64,000 bases of DNA from an uncultured Nitrospiraceae bacterium. Lineage in GTDB: Bacteria > Nitrospirota > Nitrospiria > Nitrospirales > Nitrospiraceae. The notes under the pieces were generated by a model. The model was not told the origin of the DNA and made no database searches. It saw nothing but the letters and a program-made list of their open reading frames with translations. A program made the translations under genes and the position numbers. Positions within the stretch are counted from its first letter, which is position 1. Every line of letters starts with the position of its first letter. Where the stretch lies: assembly GCA_963706325.1 (NCBI GenBank), contig CAVPLT010000004.1, positions 256,001 through 320,000 of the forward strand, read 5' to 3'. Shown here piece by piece: positions 10,850 through 20,994 of the stretch.

Positions 10850-11718
10850 GAAGTCGAGAAAGGGAGCCGAGACTGGAGCCACACGCCGGCGGCCACTGCC
10901 AGCCGGTGACTAGGAGACAATGTGACTCGTTCGCCCAGCACGCGGTATCCGGATTCTTCGATCCGGTGCAGGATACGGCTGTACACGCCGCGCATGATCT
11001 CCGCCACCGTCAGCGCTCGACGTTCAGTGGGCGGCAGTGATTCCAGCGCGCGCGCGGCTTTCGCGTAGAATTCGCGTGCGCGGCCGACCTCGAACCGCAT
11101 GAGTTCGATGAACGCCGGGCTGTATTGCCGGCGCATGAGATCGTTTTCCCCATACGTAAAGCGCGCGAAATCCTCTTGCGGGACGTAGACGCGGCCGCAT
11201 TCGGCGTCGTTGCCGAGGTCGCGAAGTATGTTCGTCAGTTGAAAGGCCATACCGAGATTGACGGCATAATCTTGGGCGCGCGGGGATGTGGTGCCGAACA
11301 CGTGGAGACAAATCAAGCCGACGACAGACGCCACGCGATAGCAATAGAGTGAGAGCTGATCGAAAGTGGCGTAGCGCGTCGTCGTGAGATCCATTTCGAC
11401 GCCCTTGATGAGTTCCTCAAAGTACACCTGTGGGATCGACAGCTCACGGACGTGTCGAGCAAGGCTGATCGTAACGGGGAGGGTCGGCGTGCCTTCGTAG
11501 GCGGCGATCAACTCCCGCCGCCAACGTGTCAGTTCGTCCTGAGGATGACTTCCGGGAGGCGGCTCGTCGACGGCATTGTCCACCTCCTTACAGAATGCGT
11601 ACACCGTATACATCGCGTCGCGGCGTGCCTTCGGGAGAAAAAGAAAGGAATAGTAAAAGTTGCTCCCGCTTTTTTTGGTGAGCGTGGTGCAATAGGCTTG
11701 CGCGTCGGTGGATGTCAT
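10846..11718 (-). CDS. hpnD: Presqualene diphosphate synthase HpnD (squalene/phytoene synthase family)
   Basis: SGSNFYYSF, VYAFCKEVDNAVDE, YCYRVASVVG, FQLTNILRDLGND. Confidence 0.88.
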   Translation of the reverse strand: MTSTDAQAYCTTLTKKSGSNFYYSFLFLPKARRDAMYTVYAFCKEVDNAVDEPPPGSHPQDELTRWRRELIAAYEGTPTLPVTISLARHVRELSIPQVYFEELIKGVEMDLTTTRYATFDQLSLYCYRVASVVGLICLHVFGTTSPRAQDYAVNLGMAFQLTNILRDLGNDAECGRVYVPQEDFARFTYGENDLMRRQYSPAFIELMRFEVGRAREFYAKAARALESLPPTERRALTVAEIMRGVYSRILHRIEESGYRVLGERVTLSPSHRLAVAAGVWLQSRLPFSTS

Positions 11719-12647
11719 CGTGGCAGCGCCGTGCGCTGTGCGAGTCGTTCCACTGCGGGTGGAAGAGAGTGGTCAAATTGGGCCGGATGGAGGATAGCTG
11801 CCAATTGTTCCAGCCCGTCGATCAGGCGTGGACCGGGGCGGCTGAAGTACGCCAGGGCATCGACGAGAAACACCGCTCCTGTCTGAACAGCGGAAAGATT
11901 TTTCCACTGTGGCTGCTCCGTGAGAGCGGCGAGTTCGGTCCTCGTTCGCTCCACCGTAAATCCGCAAGGCATGAGGATGATGACGTCCGGTGAGGCTGCG
12001 GAGAGCGTATCCCAATTCACTTTTTGAGAAGGCGTGCCGGCAGTTGCCAAGACATCAATCCCTCCTGCGGCTTCCACCATGTCAGGGACCCAATGGCCCG
12101 CAGTATAAAGTGGCGCGAGCCATTCGAGGCAGGCGACTGTAGGACGTATGTGCTCGGAGGCTACCTTGGCGTGAACGACGTTGATCCTCGCGCGCAGCTT
12201 GGCGGATAATTGTCTACCGGCTCCCTCCTGTCCTAGGGCTGCGCCAAGCGTTTCGATGTCGCGAAGAATGTCCTCCAGTCGCCGTGGGGTGAGGGTGACC
12301 ATGCGGGGCGACGGCGAGAGGCTGCGAACGACGTGATCCAGTTGCGACGAGGTGATCGCGCACACGTCGCAGAGATCTTGGGCGATGATCAGGTCCGGCC
12401 GCGCCGCCAGCAGCTGCGCTTCGTCCAATTCGTACAGGCCTGTCCCCGCCGAGAGCAGGCTGCCCACCTGTTCATCGATTTGGGAGCTCGAGAGACGGTG
12501 GCTTTCAATGCGCGGGCGCACCATGACGGGGATCTGCGCGAGGCTAGGTGGATAGTCACATTCGTGGCTGATGCCGACCAAGTCTCCTTGACGTCCCAAC
12601 GCCGCGACGACTTCTGTAGCTCCTGGCACCAGTGAACAAATCTTCAT
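11715..12647 (-). CDS. Cobalamin/iron-siderophore type substrate-binding-fold protein (BtuF-like), no evident signal peptide
   Basis: MKICSLVPGATE, GISHECDYP, QDLCDVCA, AGHWVPDM, YFSRPGPRL. Confidence 0.8.
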   Translation of the reverse strand: MKICSLVPGATEVVAALGRQGDLVGISHECDYPPSLAQIPVMVRPRIESHRLSSSQIDEQVGSLLSAGTGLYELDEAQLLAARPDLIIAQDLCDVCAITSSQLDHVVRSLSPSPRMVTLTPRRLEDILRDIETLGAALGQEGAGRQLSAKLRARINVVHAKVASEHIRPTVACLEWLAPLYTAGHWVPDMVEAAGGIDVLATAGTPSQKVNWDTLSAASPDVIILMPCGFTVERTRTELAALTEQPQWKNLSAVQTGAVFLVDALAYFSRPGPRLIDGLEQLAAILHPAQFDHSLPPAVERLAQRTALPR

Positions 12648-12655
12648 GCGCGTCC

Positions 12656-13351
12656 TTAAGCCGTTCCCCACAGACGTGCCTCCAGCTCGGAGAGCCGGAT
12701 TTCTGTAAGCGAATGGGTGATGCTGTCTGCCTCGCCAAGATCTTGCATCGCATGGGTGTTGGCGACAGCCAAGACTTTCATGCCCGCCGCGCGCGCACCT
12801 CGGACCCCGGGCAAGGAATCTTCAATGACCAGGCAATCCCCTGGGGTCAGAGCAAGGCGCTTGGATTGTTGATTCAAGCCTGCCAAGGCATGGAGAAAAG
12901 GCTCCGGAGCCGGCTTGCCGCGGGTGACATCTTCCGCACTGGTTATGTGTCGAAAGGCCTTACGAAGCCCCGCTTCCTCTAGAATCAATTCGATTTCGTT
13001 CCGTAGTGCACCCGAGGCAATGGCGAGTGGATACCGCTCTGCGGCATCGAGGACAAGTTCACGTACCCCGGGAAAGATTGCCAGATGTTGTTTGACTGCA
13101 GTCAGGTAAGCCAATGCCTTTTCATGCATCAACTCGGTGAGCACCGCCGGGGTCACCTGGCGATGGTGCTGGTGCAAGGCCGCCATGAAACAACCGCGAT
13201 CATCGAAACCCAGATAGTCGGTGTAGTATTCCGTCTCTGTGAGGGTAATCTCGATACCTGCCAAGACCTGTTGCAAGGCGGTGCAGTGGAGGGGTTCGGT
13301 ATCGGCGATGACCCCGTCGAAATCAAAAATAACGGCGCGTAATTCGCTCAT
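12656..13351 (-). CDS. HAD-superfamily phosphatase (CbbY/beta-PGM-like)
   Basis: FDFDGVIADTEP, GKPAPEPF, VIEDSLPG. Confidence 0.92.
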   Translation of the reverse strand: MSELRAVIFDFDGVIADTEPLHCTALQQVLAGIEITLTETEYYTDYLGFDDRGCFMAALHQHHRQVTPAVLTELMHEKALAYLTAVKQHLAIFPGVRELVLDAAERYPLAIASGALRNEIELILEEAGLRKAFRHITSAEDVTRGKPAPEPFLHALAGLNQQSKRLALTPGDCLVIEDSLPGVRGARAAGMKVLAVANTHAMQDLGEADSITHSLTEIRLSELEARLWGTA

Positions 13352-13439
13352 GGTCGTGACTCGTTCATCCTTGGGCGTAGATCGCCGAATATCAGTCGGT
13401 CGAGTGTGGGCGCCGCATTATAGCAAGGGAGTGCCGACG

Positions 13440-13481
13440 AAAAAAAGGCGACGGCCCGTTCCGGGGAGGACGGGCCGTCGC
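13440..13481 (-). terminator. Rho-independent terminator of the SH3-protein gene
   Basis: 12-bp stem GCGACGGCCCGT/ACGGGCCGTCGC followed by a T7 run on the minus strand. Confidence 0.85.
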
Positions 13482-13507
13482 AGGTGGGGCCAGACGCCGA
13501 TGATCCG

Positions 13508-14239
13508 TTAACGTTTGAGTCTCAAACCTCGTTCAGGAATCCACCCCTTCCGGCCGTCCTCGGTGCGTACCGCATAGACCCAGCCGCTTTTTTGGTAGTC
13601 CCCATCCAACACGGTCAGCGTGGTGCTGGCTTGCACCGTGGTGCTGGTTTTTCTGCCTGCTGCATCGACGAACAAAGGCACCGGCGAGTTGGGCCGGCTA
13701 GGATTGGGAATGACCGTCACCCGTTGGCCCTCTGAAAAAAGTGGGCCGGCGACATTGGTCACCGCAGGGGAGGATTTTGGTGCCGGTGTGGCAGGCGCTA
13801 CAATGACCGGCGGCGCGGGGGCTGGCGCCGCCGGCGACGAGGAACCGATATCAACCAACTCAGGTGGAGGGATTGTGGGGGCTTGAGCTTGTTCGTTGTT
13901 CGGTAGCATACGAGGGGCGGGTGGGGTGGTTTCCACGCGTTCCTCAAGGTAGGGTTCGATGAGTTGCATGGCTCTATCCGGGTCCATGGCCACATAGCCG
14001 ATCCCTCCGACTACCAGAAGCAGGAAAATCCAGAGGAGAGGTCGGTTCCCAGACCGCTTGGGGGCGTTCATCGGAGGCGCGGGAGGCGGCATGGGTTCAT
14101 CCAAGTCGTCTTCGGAGAACTCAAGGTCCGGTTCGGGCTGACGTGCAAACAAGAGATGCCAGTTCGTCCACTCACTGCTGAGCGCGGAAACGCCCGTAGA
14201 TGAAAACATTGGTGGACCTCCTCCTTCGAAACATATCAT
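13508..14239 (-). CDS. Membrane-anchored protein with Pro-rich linker and C-terminal SH3-like domain
   Basis: One TM (LLWIFLLLVVGGIGYVA), Pro/Ala-rich linker, GWVYAVRTEDGRKGWIP. Confidence 0.75.
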   Translation of the reverse strand: MICFEGGGPPMFSSTGVSALSSEWTNWHLLFARQPEPDLEFSEDDLDEPMPPPAPPMNAPKRSGNRPLLWIFLLLVVGGIGYVAMDPDRAMQLIEPYLEERVETTPPAPRMLPNNEQAQAPTIPPPELVDIGSSSPAAPAPAPPVIVAPATPAPKSSPAVTNVAGPLFSEGQRVTVIPNPSRPNSPVPLFVDAAGRKTSTTVQASTTLTVLDGDYQKSGWVYAVRTEDGRKGWIPERGLRLKR

Positions 14240-14502
14240 GGACTAGGTGATTCTTTAGGTACTTATCACTGACCCTCAAGCCTGTCAATTTTGTTGCCTA
14301 AAGCAACGGGTGGCTCAAGCCTGCTAGAAGGTGGTGTCAATCCGTCTCAACGATCAAGAAATTGACGGAAAGAAAATTTCGAATCGAGTGTGTCTCGGCG
14401 AGCACGTGAGGGCGCCATGAGGCCTCATGACGCATGCAAGGGCTTGCAACTTCGAACATCCTCGTTGCAGAATCGATCACGCACCCTGATGCGCGGAGTT
14501 TC

Positions 14503-14916
14503 ATGAAGTCCTATCGGGAAGAATTGTGGTTCGAGACACAGACGAGACGCGCCTATCTCAATATTACGGCGCAGGTAGACGCCGCAGTGCGGAAAAGCGG
14601 CGTGCGAGAAGGCATGGTCCTGGTGAATGCCATGCACATTACCGCCAGTGTTTACATCAACGATGATGAAGCGGGATTACTCCACGACTACGAGACCGTC
14701 CTTGAACGGCTGGTTCCGCAGCATGCGACCTATCGCCACAATGACACCGGCGAGGATAACGGCGATGCGCACATCAAGCGGCAGCTCATGGGGCGAGAAG
14801 TGGTCGTCGCGATTACGGATGGAAAATTGGATTTCGGACCGTGGGAGCAAATTTTTTACGGGGAGTTTGATGGGCGGCGACGCAAGCGCGTGCTGGTCAA
14901 GGTCATTGGCGAATGA
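14503..14916 (+). CDS. yjbQ: YjbQ/UPF0047 family protein
   Basis: [34 protein letters not shown]. Confidence 0.92.
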   Translation: MKSYREELWFETQTRRAYLNITAQVDAAVRKSGVREGMVLVNAMHITASVYINDDEAGLLHDYETVLERLVPQHATYRHNDTGEDNGDAHIKRQLMGREVVVAITDGKLDFGPWEQIFYGEFDGRRRKRVLVKVIGE

Positions 14917-15074
14917 TTGATCGGCTGATGGCTCAATGCCGGCTCGGATGACTCGGGGCGACCTCGACGAAGATCCGCAACACGCTTGCTACGTTCTGGA
15001 AAGTTTGGCAACATGGACAACAGGATGAACAGAAATCTATCGGAGCGAAATCGTATCGACGTGGGAGGCCGACC

Positions 15075-16088
15075 ATGTTGAGTTGGTCGCGACCTGATCC
15101 ATTGACGCGTGATCTCATTCATTTAATCAATGCGCGTCGTCATGATCATGGCGACACCGATGCCGCGATTGATACGCTGCAGGCGTTTATCGAGCAGGGA
15201 CGCGAGCAGGACCTCCTGACAGTCCTGGCCGCTCTGGATGAGGAAATGGCAGAGTGGATGTTTGATCTGGTGGCGGAAGCCTCGTGCGCCGTCATTATGG
15301 ACGGGCCGGATGATGAGAAGAATGCGTATGCGCTCATGGCCGCCTTGGAGTTGCCGCTTCAAGCTAATTTAAGTCAGCCGCTTGGGCTGAAGATTGATCC
15401 CGTCGCGACCGCCGATCTCCTCCATCGTCATTTGCAACTGCCGGCCGGGGTTGTCGTCCGGGTTGAGCCCCGTCTTCTGACTGACGCAACCTTGGAAGGG
15501 TTAACGTTACAAACGTTAAACGAACATTTGGCGAGCATCGCGGACTCGCAACGCACCCAGGCGATCGCGTCTCGGCTTCATCCGCCGGTGGAAAACACGG
15601 CGTTCCTTTTTTTCCAGCTCATCGGGATGCCCGATCCGGGATTGCCGGACTCGCTGGAGGAGCCGGAACGTCGGGCGCTCCTCGACGGACTGGTGGCGCA
15701 ATGTGCGGAGTTGGCCCTGGCACCGGATACCTTGGAGGTGCCCGTGTATGCATCGTACGCCCTGTTCGACGCGCAGAATGCCGTTCGGCTTCACCGGTTG
15801 GCCGATGAAACTGCTGCGGTGTGGCACGACCTCGACCCCATGGTGCGAGCGCGCACCATTGCCCACCTGCACACGCAATGTGGGAATGGGGTCTACATGC
15901 CGGTCTGGACCGATCTTTTTGATCCGGAACTGCCTGAGGACCATGGCCCGGTCTGGACATCGCCGGATGTGTGGGTGTTCACGGCGGATCTTCCCATCGA
16001 GTGGCCTGGCGAAATGCTCACGAATCGGCTGCTTGCCGAGGGGTGCACGCGATTCGAGAATCACATCGTCGAAGCGCCGGAAAACTAG
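15075..16088 (+). CDS. Hypothetical acidic protein
   Basis: 337-aa ORF with GGAGG SD; no family confidently recognised. Confidence 0.75.
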   Translation: MLSWSRPDPLTRDLIHLINARRHDHGDTDAAIDTLQAFIEQGREQDLLTVLAALDEEMAEWMFDLVAEASCAVIMDGPDDEKNAYALMAALELPLQANLSQPLGLKIDPVATADLLHRHLQLPAGVVVRVEPRLLTDATLEGLTLQTLNEHLASIADSQRTQAIASRLHPPVENTAFLFFQLIGMPDPGLPDSLEEPERRALLDGLVAQCAELALAPDTLEVPVYASYALFDAQNAVRLHRLADETAAVWHDLDPMVRARTIAHLHTQCGNGVYMPVWTDLFDPELPEDHGPVWTSPDVWVFTADLPIEWPGEMLTNRLLAEGCTRFENHIVEAPEN

Positions 16089-16222
16089 CCGGCTGAGGAT
16101 TTTCATCGAGACGGTTCCTGGGGAAAGAGGCTCACCATTTGCGTTTGCCGGACGAGATCCTGAGGAATGCATCACCATCTTCCTAGGCGGACGGCATCGG
16201 TTCCCCATGAAGCAGGAGCTGC

Positions 16223-16831
16223 TTGGCTGACCCATCCCGATTTGGCGCCATCATTGTTGTCACGGTACTCAGCTGTGTGGTGTTGGGTGCGGTTTGGGGT
16301 ATTGTGGTCTATGTGATGCCTCAGAGTGACAGTTCGCCGCAGATACCCGCGCCATCTCCCCCCACGCCAATACTGCCCTCGTCCGCATCACCATCATTGA
16401 GCCTCGGTATGCCGACCACGCCCGTCCACGCCCCTCCCCCCGTGCTGGTGAAGGAGGCGCCAGCTGCCGAGTCTGCGCCGCTAGGGCGACTTGCCTCTGG
16501 GGGCGTGCGACTTCCATTTGGAATGGATGTGAAATGCGCGATGGAAATGGACAGTCTGTGTTCTGAAGACGAGGGTAATCGGGGGATATGTATGGAGCGC
16601 AAGGCGACGCAAGTGTCCGCCCCCTGTCGTCCCATCTTTCGAGAGCGGCTTGTGAGACTGAAAGAAAATCTGCAACAGATGCGGGTGGCCTGTGAGGCAG
16701 ATCGTCGACAGTATTGTCGCGACGAGGCGCTAAGCGGAGGGACCATCGTCCAGTGTTTGGAAGCCCACGCGCAGGAAGTGTCGGATCCATGTTTTAAATT
16801 CCTGCCGAAACGCGGGCGGCTGCTGAACTAG
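16223..16831 (+). CDS. Membrane-anchored protein with two cysteine-rich (Cys_rich_FGFR/GLG1-like) repeats
   Basis: N-terminal TM, Pro-rich stalk, two 4-Cys repeats (CAMEMDSLC...CMERKATQVSAPC; CEADRRQYC...CLEAHAQEVSDPC); AGGAG SD. Confidence 0.75.
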   Translation: MADPSRFGAIIVVTVLSCVVLGAVWGIVVYVMPQSDSSPQIPAPSPPTPILPSSASPSLSLGMPTTPVHAPPPVLVKEAPAAESAPLGRLASGGVRLPFGMDVKCAMEMDSLCSEDEGNRGICMERKATQVSAPCRPIFRERLVRLKENLQQMRVACEADRRQYCRDEALSGGTIVQCLEAHAQEVSDPCFKFLPKRGRLLN

Positions 16832-17010
16832 CCACGACTCTTGAGGAATTCCTGCCGTATCGTCCGATGGTCTCGCTCGACGGGGTTGTTCTCCTTCGAC
16901 CTCGTGACGGACTGTACGTGCGCCCAACCAGGCCTTATTGTCGGAAAACTCGGCGGAGGTCGGTCTCGAACGTCCCACACGGCATTCCGGACCAGGCCGG
17001 ACTAGCACTG

Positions 17011-17754
17011 TCAGCCCTTTGCGAAGGAGACGCGGGGGGTTTTTCTCAGATCCTGCACGAGGAATCGCATCGTGATGCCTGCCACTTCCACCACGTCTGC
17101 ATGCCGGAGAGCCTGTTCTCCTTGAACCGGCCGGCCGTTGACAAGGATTCGTTTGCCGCTCTCGGTCGAGTTCACCACATAGAGATCCCCTCGTCGACTG
17201 ATCACCGCTGCGGTTTTCGGGGCAAACCAGCCGGTGAGGGTGATCACCGCATCGTCCTGCGCCCCGATCAGCGAGACATGCTTGGTGAGGCGATACTGAG
17301 GCTGACTCGTCTTACCCGATAGGATCTCAATCAAACCGACCTTTTGCTCAGACGCCTCGCGTTCCCCGTCACGTGAGTCTGACACCACGATCGTGTTGTC
17401 GGTAACAAAGCTCTCGCTGGCCTGCGGGGCGACTACCGGCGTTGGTTGGTGTGCTCGAAAAATCAGACGGTGTGCGCCGACGCGAATACTGTCGGTATCT
17501 TGAAGCTGCCGCCGGTCGATTTTCTGCTCATTGACGAACGTCCCGTTGGTGCTACGGAGGTCTTCCAAAAACAGGACTTTCTGTACCTGGGAAATGCGCG
17601 CATGGTGGCCCGAGACCGCGACGTCTTCCAAACAAAGATCGTTATCGCTCTTTCGCCCGATCGTAAATGGCGTATGGGAGACCTCGATCTCCTTAATTCC
17701 GCCTTGCGGTGCTTTCACGAGGAGCGTGGTTGAGGGGGAGTGGTTCTGGGACAT
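17011..17754 (-). CDS. FHA domain protein (tandem FHA; second copy degenerate)
   Basis: IGRKSDND...VSGHHA...STNGTFVN; second FHA-like repeat IGAQDDA...ILVNG. Confidence 0.9.
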   Translation of the reverse strand: MSQNHSPSTTLLVKAPQGGIKEIEVSHTPFTIGRKSDNDLCLEDVAVSGHHARISQVQKVLFLEDLRSTNGTFVNEQKIDRRQLQDTDSIRVGAHRLIFRAHQPTPVVAPQASESFVTDNTIVVSDSRDGEREASEQKVGLIEILSGKTSQPQYRLTKHVSLIGAQDDAVITLTGWFAPKTAAVISRRGDLYVVNSTESGKRILVNGRPVQGEQALRHADVVEVAGITMRFLVQDLRKTPRVSFAKG

Positions 17755-17763
17755 AGTCGTTCC

Positions 17764-18600
17764 TTAGTATGAGTCGGTTGAAAGCGTAGCGAAGAGATGG
17801 GCGCGAAGCCGAAGCCACAGTCCTGGCCTGTTCTGGTTCAGTTTCGCGACGATGACGGTCGTATTGTCGGTTCCACCGGCAGCATTTGAGAGGGCGATGA
17901 GGCGGTCAGAGACGCTCTGTGGGGCGGGTAATTCAGATATGGCACGGAGGATGGTGTCCGTCGAGACTCCCGCCGTCAGGCCATCGGAACAAAGCAATAG
18001 GACATCGTCGTCCAGGACAGGAAGCTCTGCCATTTCGACCTCGACGGTGGCGTGAACGCCGACGGCACGGGTCAAGACATGTCTGTGGGACACGTGTTCG
18101 GCATCATCGGCGGCCAAAAGTCCGGACTGCACGTGCGCCTGTGCCAACGAATGATCGGTGGTCAAGCGGTGGAGCAGGTTGCCACGATGCAGGTAAAGGC
18201 GACTGTCTCCAACGTGAGCGATCGAGAGCACAGGCCCGACGAGCCAGGCAGCCACCACTGTGGTGCCCATTCCGCTGTATTCAGCGTGACGCCCCGCCTC
18301 TTGATGCACGGTGTGATTAGCCAGTCGTATGGCGCTAGCCAGGCGATTGGTCGCAGTGGAAAATTCAGGACGCGCCAGACCGACCAATGGGAGCGAGGGA
18401 TCTTCGGTGGCGTCTGCGAGATGGCGGGGAATGATCTCAATCGCGCGGCTACTGGCCACTTCACCCGCCCGGTGACCTCCCATGCCGTCGCAGACGATGA
18501 ACAGGCCGATGGAGGGATCGGCGTGAAACCGGTCTTCGTTGTGATGGCGGGCGAGGCCGACATCTGATGAAGCCCCATGTGTGAGCAGCAAAGAGTGCAT
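17764..18600 (-). CDS. PP2C-type Ser/Thr protein phosphatase (Stp1/PrpC family)
   Basis: NED, VCDGMGGH, GMGTT, HVGDSR, LCSDGL, GGTDNTT. Confidence 0.95.
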   Translation of the reverse strand: MHSLLLTHGASSDVGLARHHNEDRFHADPSIGLFIVCDGMGGHRAGEVASSRAIEIIPRHLADATEDPSLPLVGLARPEFSTATNRLASAIRLANHTVHQEAGRHAEYSGMGTTVVAAWLVGPVLSIAHVGDSRLYLHRGNLLHRLTTDHSLAQAHVQSGLLAADDAEHVSHRHVLTRAVGVHATVEVEMAELPVLDDDVLLLCSDGLTAGVSTDTILRAISELPAPQSVSDRLIALSNAAGGTDNTTVIVAKLNQNRPGLWLRLRAHLFATLSTDSY

Positions 18601-18607
18601 GGCGGAA

Positions 18608-20008
18608 TTATCTTGGCATCACTTGAAAGACATCCCGAAGGTCTTGAGCCATGTCACTGGCATGCCGGTATCGGTTAGGGATCTCTTTCTGCAGCGCTCG
18701 ATCCAGAATAGATTGGACCCGCGTCGGCAGATCACGGCGATATTTGAGCAATGGAGGGTGCGGAGCCTTCGCAATGCGTGTCACCAGCGCCGCCATATTT
18801 TCGGCATTAAACGGGCGTTCGCCGCTCAGCAGTTCGAACAACACCACACCCAGTGAGAATACATCCGATCTGCCATCCACATCCTTGCCGGTTGCTTGCT
18901 CAGGCGACATGTACCGGGGGGTGCCGAGAATCATTCGTGTCTGGGTCTTCGATGCACTGGCCATCTTAGCGATACCAAAATCCATCACTTTTACCAGCCG
19001 CTGCTTGAGAATCATGATGTTGGCGGGCTTCACGTCGCGGTGGACCACCCCTTGGCTGTGCGCGTAATCAAGAGCCTCCGCGACAGTGGCTACAATTTGC
19101 AGGGATTGTTTGGCGGGGAGGATCGTCGACTTCTGGCAATAACAGTTGAGGAGCGTGCCTTCGAGGTATTCCATGGCAATGTAAGCCAGGCCGTCCTGCT
19201 CCCCGGCATCGTAGACGGTGACAATGTTGGGGTGGGACAACCGTCCGGTCGACTCCGCTTCGCGAAAAAATCGATCGCGGAATTCTTTCAGATCTTCCTC
19301 GCGATCAATCTCATCCAGCCGCATGGTTTTGATGGCGACGAAGCGTTGGATCGTCGGGTCCTTGCCAAGATATACGACACCCATTGCCCCACGGCCCAGT
19401 TCCTTGACCACGTGATATCGCCCCAGAGCGGACGGCGCACCGGGGCGGACAACCTGGGGACTCGCTGGACGAGCCGCGAGAGGAGTCGCTCGGCCTGAGT
19501 CGCTAAGGGCTTCCGTTACGGTTGCTTCCTTTTCTTCTTTGTCCACGGGCCGACGACGAGGACGTCTGACGAGCGCGCGAGTCAACGCGTCGACATGCCG
19601 AACCCAGGCAAACGTCAACCAGGTGGCCGAGCCGATGAGCCCGCCGGTGATAAGCCACGTGTAAAGCGGTTGCTTGGGAGGACCGAGCACTGGGATCCCA
19701 TGGGCGTCATAGGCTCGTGAGGCAACGAGAACGATCACCAGAAATGCGGCTGGAAAAAGAATGGAACGGACGAAGGTTTGCCCTTTGCCGTTGTCGACGA
19801 GGTCTCGCCTCGCCCGTGCGGCGGCGAGCCAAATCATGGTGAGGCACAAGCTGTCCGCGATGAGCAGAACGGCCTGCGCGGCGTTCATGCTCAATGGCCT
19901 GACAAACGTATGCGCGAACAGTGGGAGAGTGGCCAAATACGGCCCTACCACGATAGCGAGGATGATGACGATCAAGTACGGGCCGATCCAGCCCCAAGAT
20001 GTTGTCAT
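18608..20008 (-). CDS. Hanks-type Ser/Thr kinase with N-terminal 4-TM region
   Basis: LGRGAMGVVY, VAIK, HRDVKPAN, DFG, GTPRYMSPE, SDVFSLG. Confidence 0.95.
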   Translation of the reverse strand: MTTSWGWIGPYLIVIILAIVVGPYLATLPLFAHTFVRPLSMNAAQAVLLIADSLCLTMIWLAAARARRDLVDNGKGQTFVRSILFPAAFLVIVLVASRAYDAHGIPVLGPPKQPLYTWLITGGLIGSATWLTFAWVRHVDALTRALVRRPRRRPVDKEEKEATVTEALSDSGRATPLAARPASPQVVRPGAPSALGRYHVVKELGRGAMGVVYLGKDPTIQRFVAIKTMRLDEIDREEDLKEFRDRFFREAESTGRLSHPNIVTVYDAGEQDGLAYIAMEYLEGTLLNCYCQKSTILPAKQSLQIVATVAEALDYAHSQGVVHRDVKPANIMILKQRLVKVMDFGIAKMASASKTQTRMILGTPRYMSPEQATGKDVDGRSDVFSLGVVLFELLSGERPFNAENMAALVTRIAKAPHPPLLKYRRDLPTRVQSILDRALQKEIPNRYRHASDMAQDLRDVFQVMPR

Positions 20009-20145
20009 GTCAATGATTCGAGCGGTTGTGTCTCAGTGTAACGGATGGTCCGAAGGTGTCAACGAAAGGAAGAAATGACGCACGGCCGCGCAGGTCGATG
20101 CGGTGTCTCGAAGAATGGTCAGGCCTGGGAAATGCGCGGGCGCGG

Positions 20146-20994
20146 TTAGGCCCGGGTGGCGGCTTTTCTGAGAGGATCGAGCAGTTTGTCGGAGACCTTC
20201 AAGTGGCCTCGCCCGACGCCCACTTCAATGTCGGGCTTGGTGATGCCATGAAAATCACTTCCGCCGGTCACGAGGAGGTCGCATTGTTTAGCAAGGTCGA
20301 GGTATTCAGTGGTTTGGCTGGGACTGTGCGTGCTGTAGTGGACTTCAATCCCGCCCATTCCGGCATCCTTCAGCCGGCGAAGCAGCATGCGCAGACCTTC
20401 GGCGGATGTCCTGACCCAGGTTGGATGGGCGAGGACCGGCACACCTCCCGCCTCACGAATCCACCGCACCGCCTCAATAGGGTCGGGGAGATCGCGATCG
20501 ACAAAGGCGGGACGACCATTGGCCAGGTACCGATCGAAAGCTTCCTTCGCTGAGGTGACGAACTTTTTCTCCATCAACAGGCGCGCGATGTGGGGGCGGC
20601 CGACGGATTCCGTACCGGCCAATGCACGCACTTCGTCGTAGGTGATAGGAATGCCCAACTCATTCAGGCGCTGGACGATTTTTGGATTCCGGGTATGGCG
20701 GCTGTCTCGCAAGCTCACCAGGCGCTTTGCCAGCAGCGGGTCGGTCCAGTTCAAGAAGTAGCCCAGGATATGAAGCTCACTTTCGCCCTGTCGCGAGCTG
20801 ATTTCGACGCCGGGGATGGCTTCAATACCCAGCTCCGCCCCGATCGCGATCGCTTCCGGAACACCGTCGACAATGTCATGATCGGTAATCGCCAGGGCAG
20901 TGACGCCGGCTTGCTTCGCGAAAGTCATCACCTCACGAGTGGAAAAGCTGCCGTCCGAATGGGTGGTGTGGAGGTGCAGATCAATACGACTCAT
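20146..20994 (-). CDS. PHP-domain phosphoesterase (TrpH/YciV-like)
   Basis: DLHLHTTHSDG, AITDHD, GRPHIA, LAHP, TGGSDFHG. Confidence 0.93.
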   Translation of the reverse strand: MSRIDLHLHTTHSDGSFSTREVMTFAKQAGVTALAITDHDIVDGVPEAIAIGAELGIEAIPGVEISSRQGESELHILGYFLNWTDPLLAKRLVSLRDSRHTRNPKIVQRLNELGIPITYDEVRALAGTESVGRPHIARLLMEKKFVTSAKEAFDRYLANGRPAFVDRDLPDPIEAVRWIREAGGVPVLAHPTWVRTSAEGLRMLLRRLKDAGMGGIEVHYSTHSPSQTTEYLDLAKQCDLLVTGGSDFHGITKPDIEVGVGRGHLKVSDKLLDPLRKAATRA

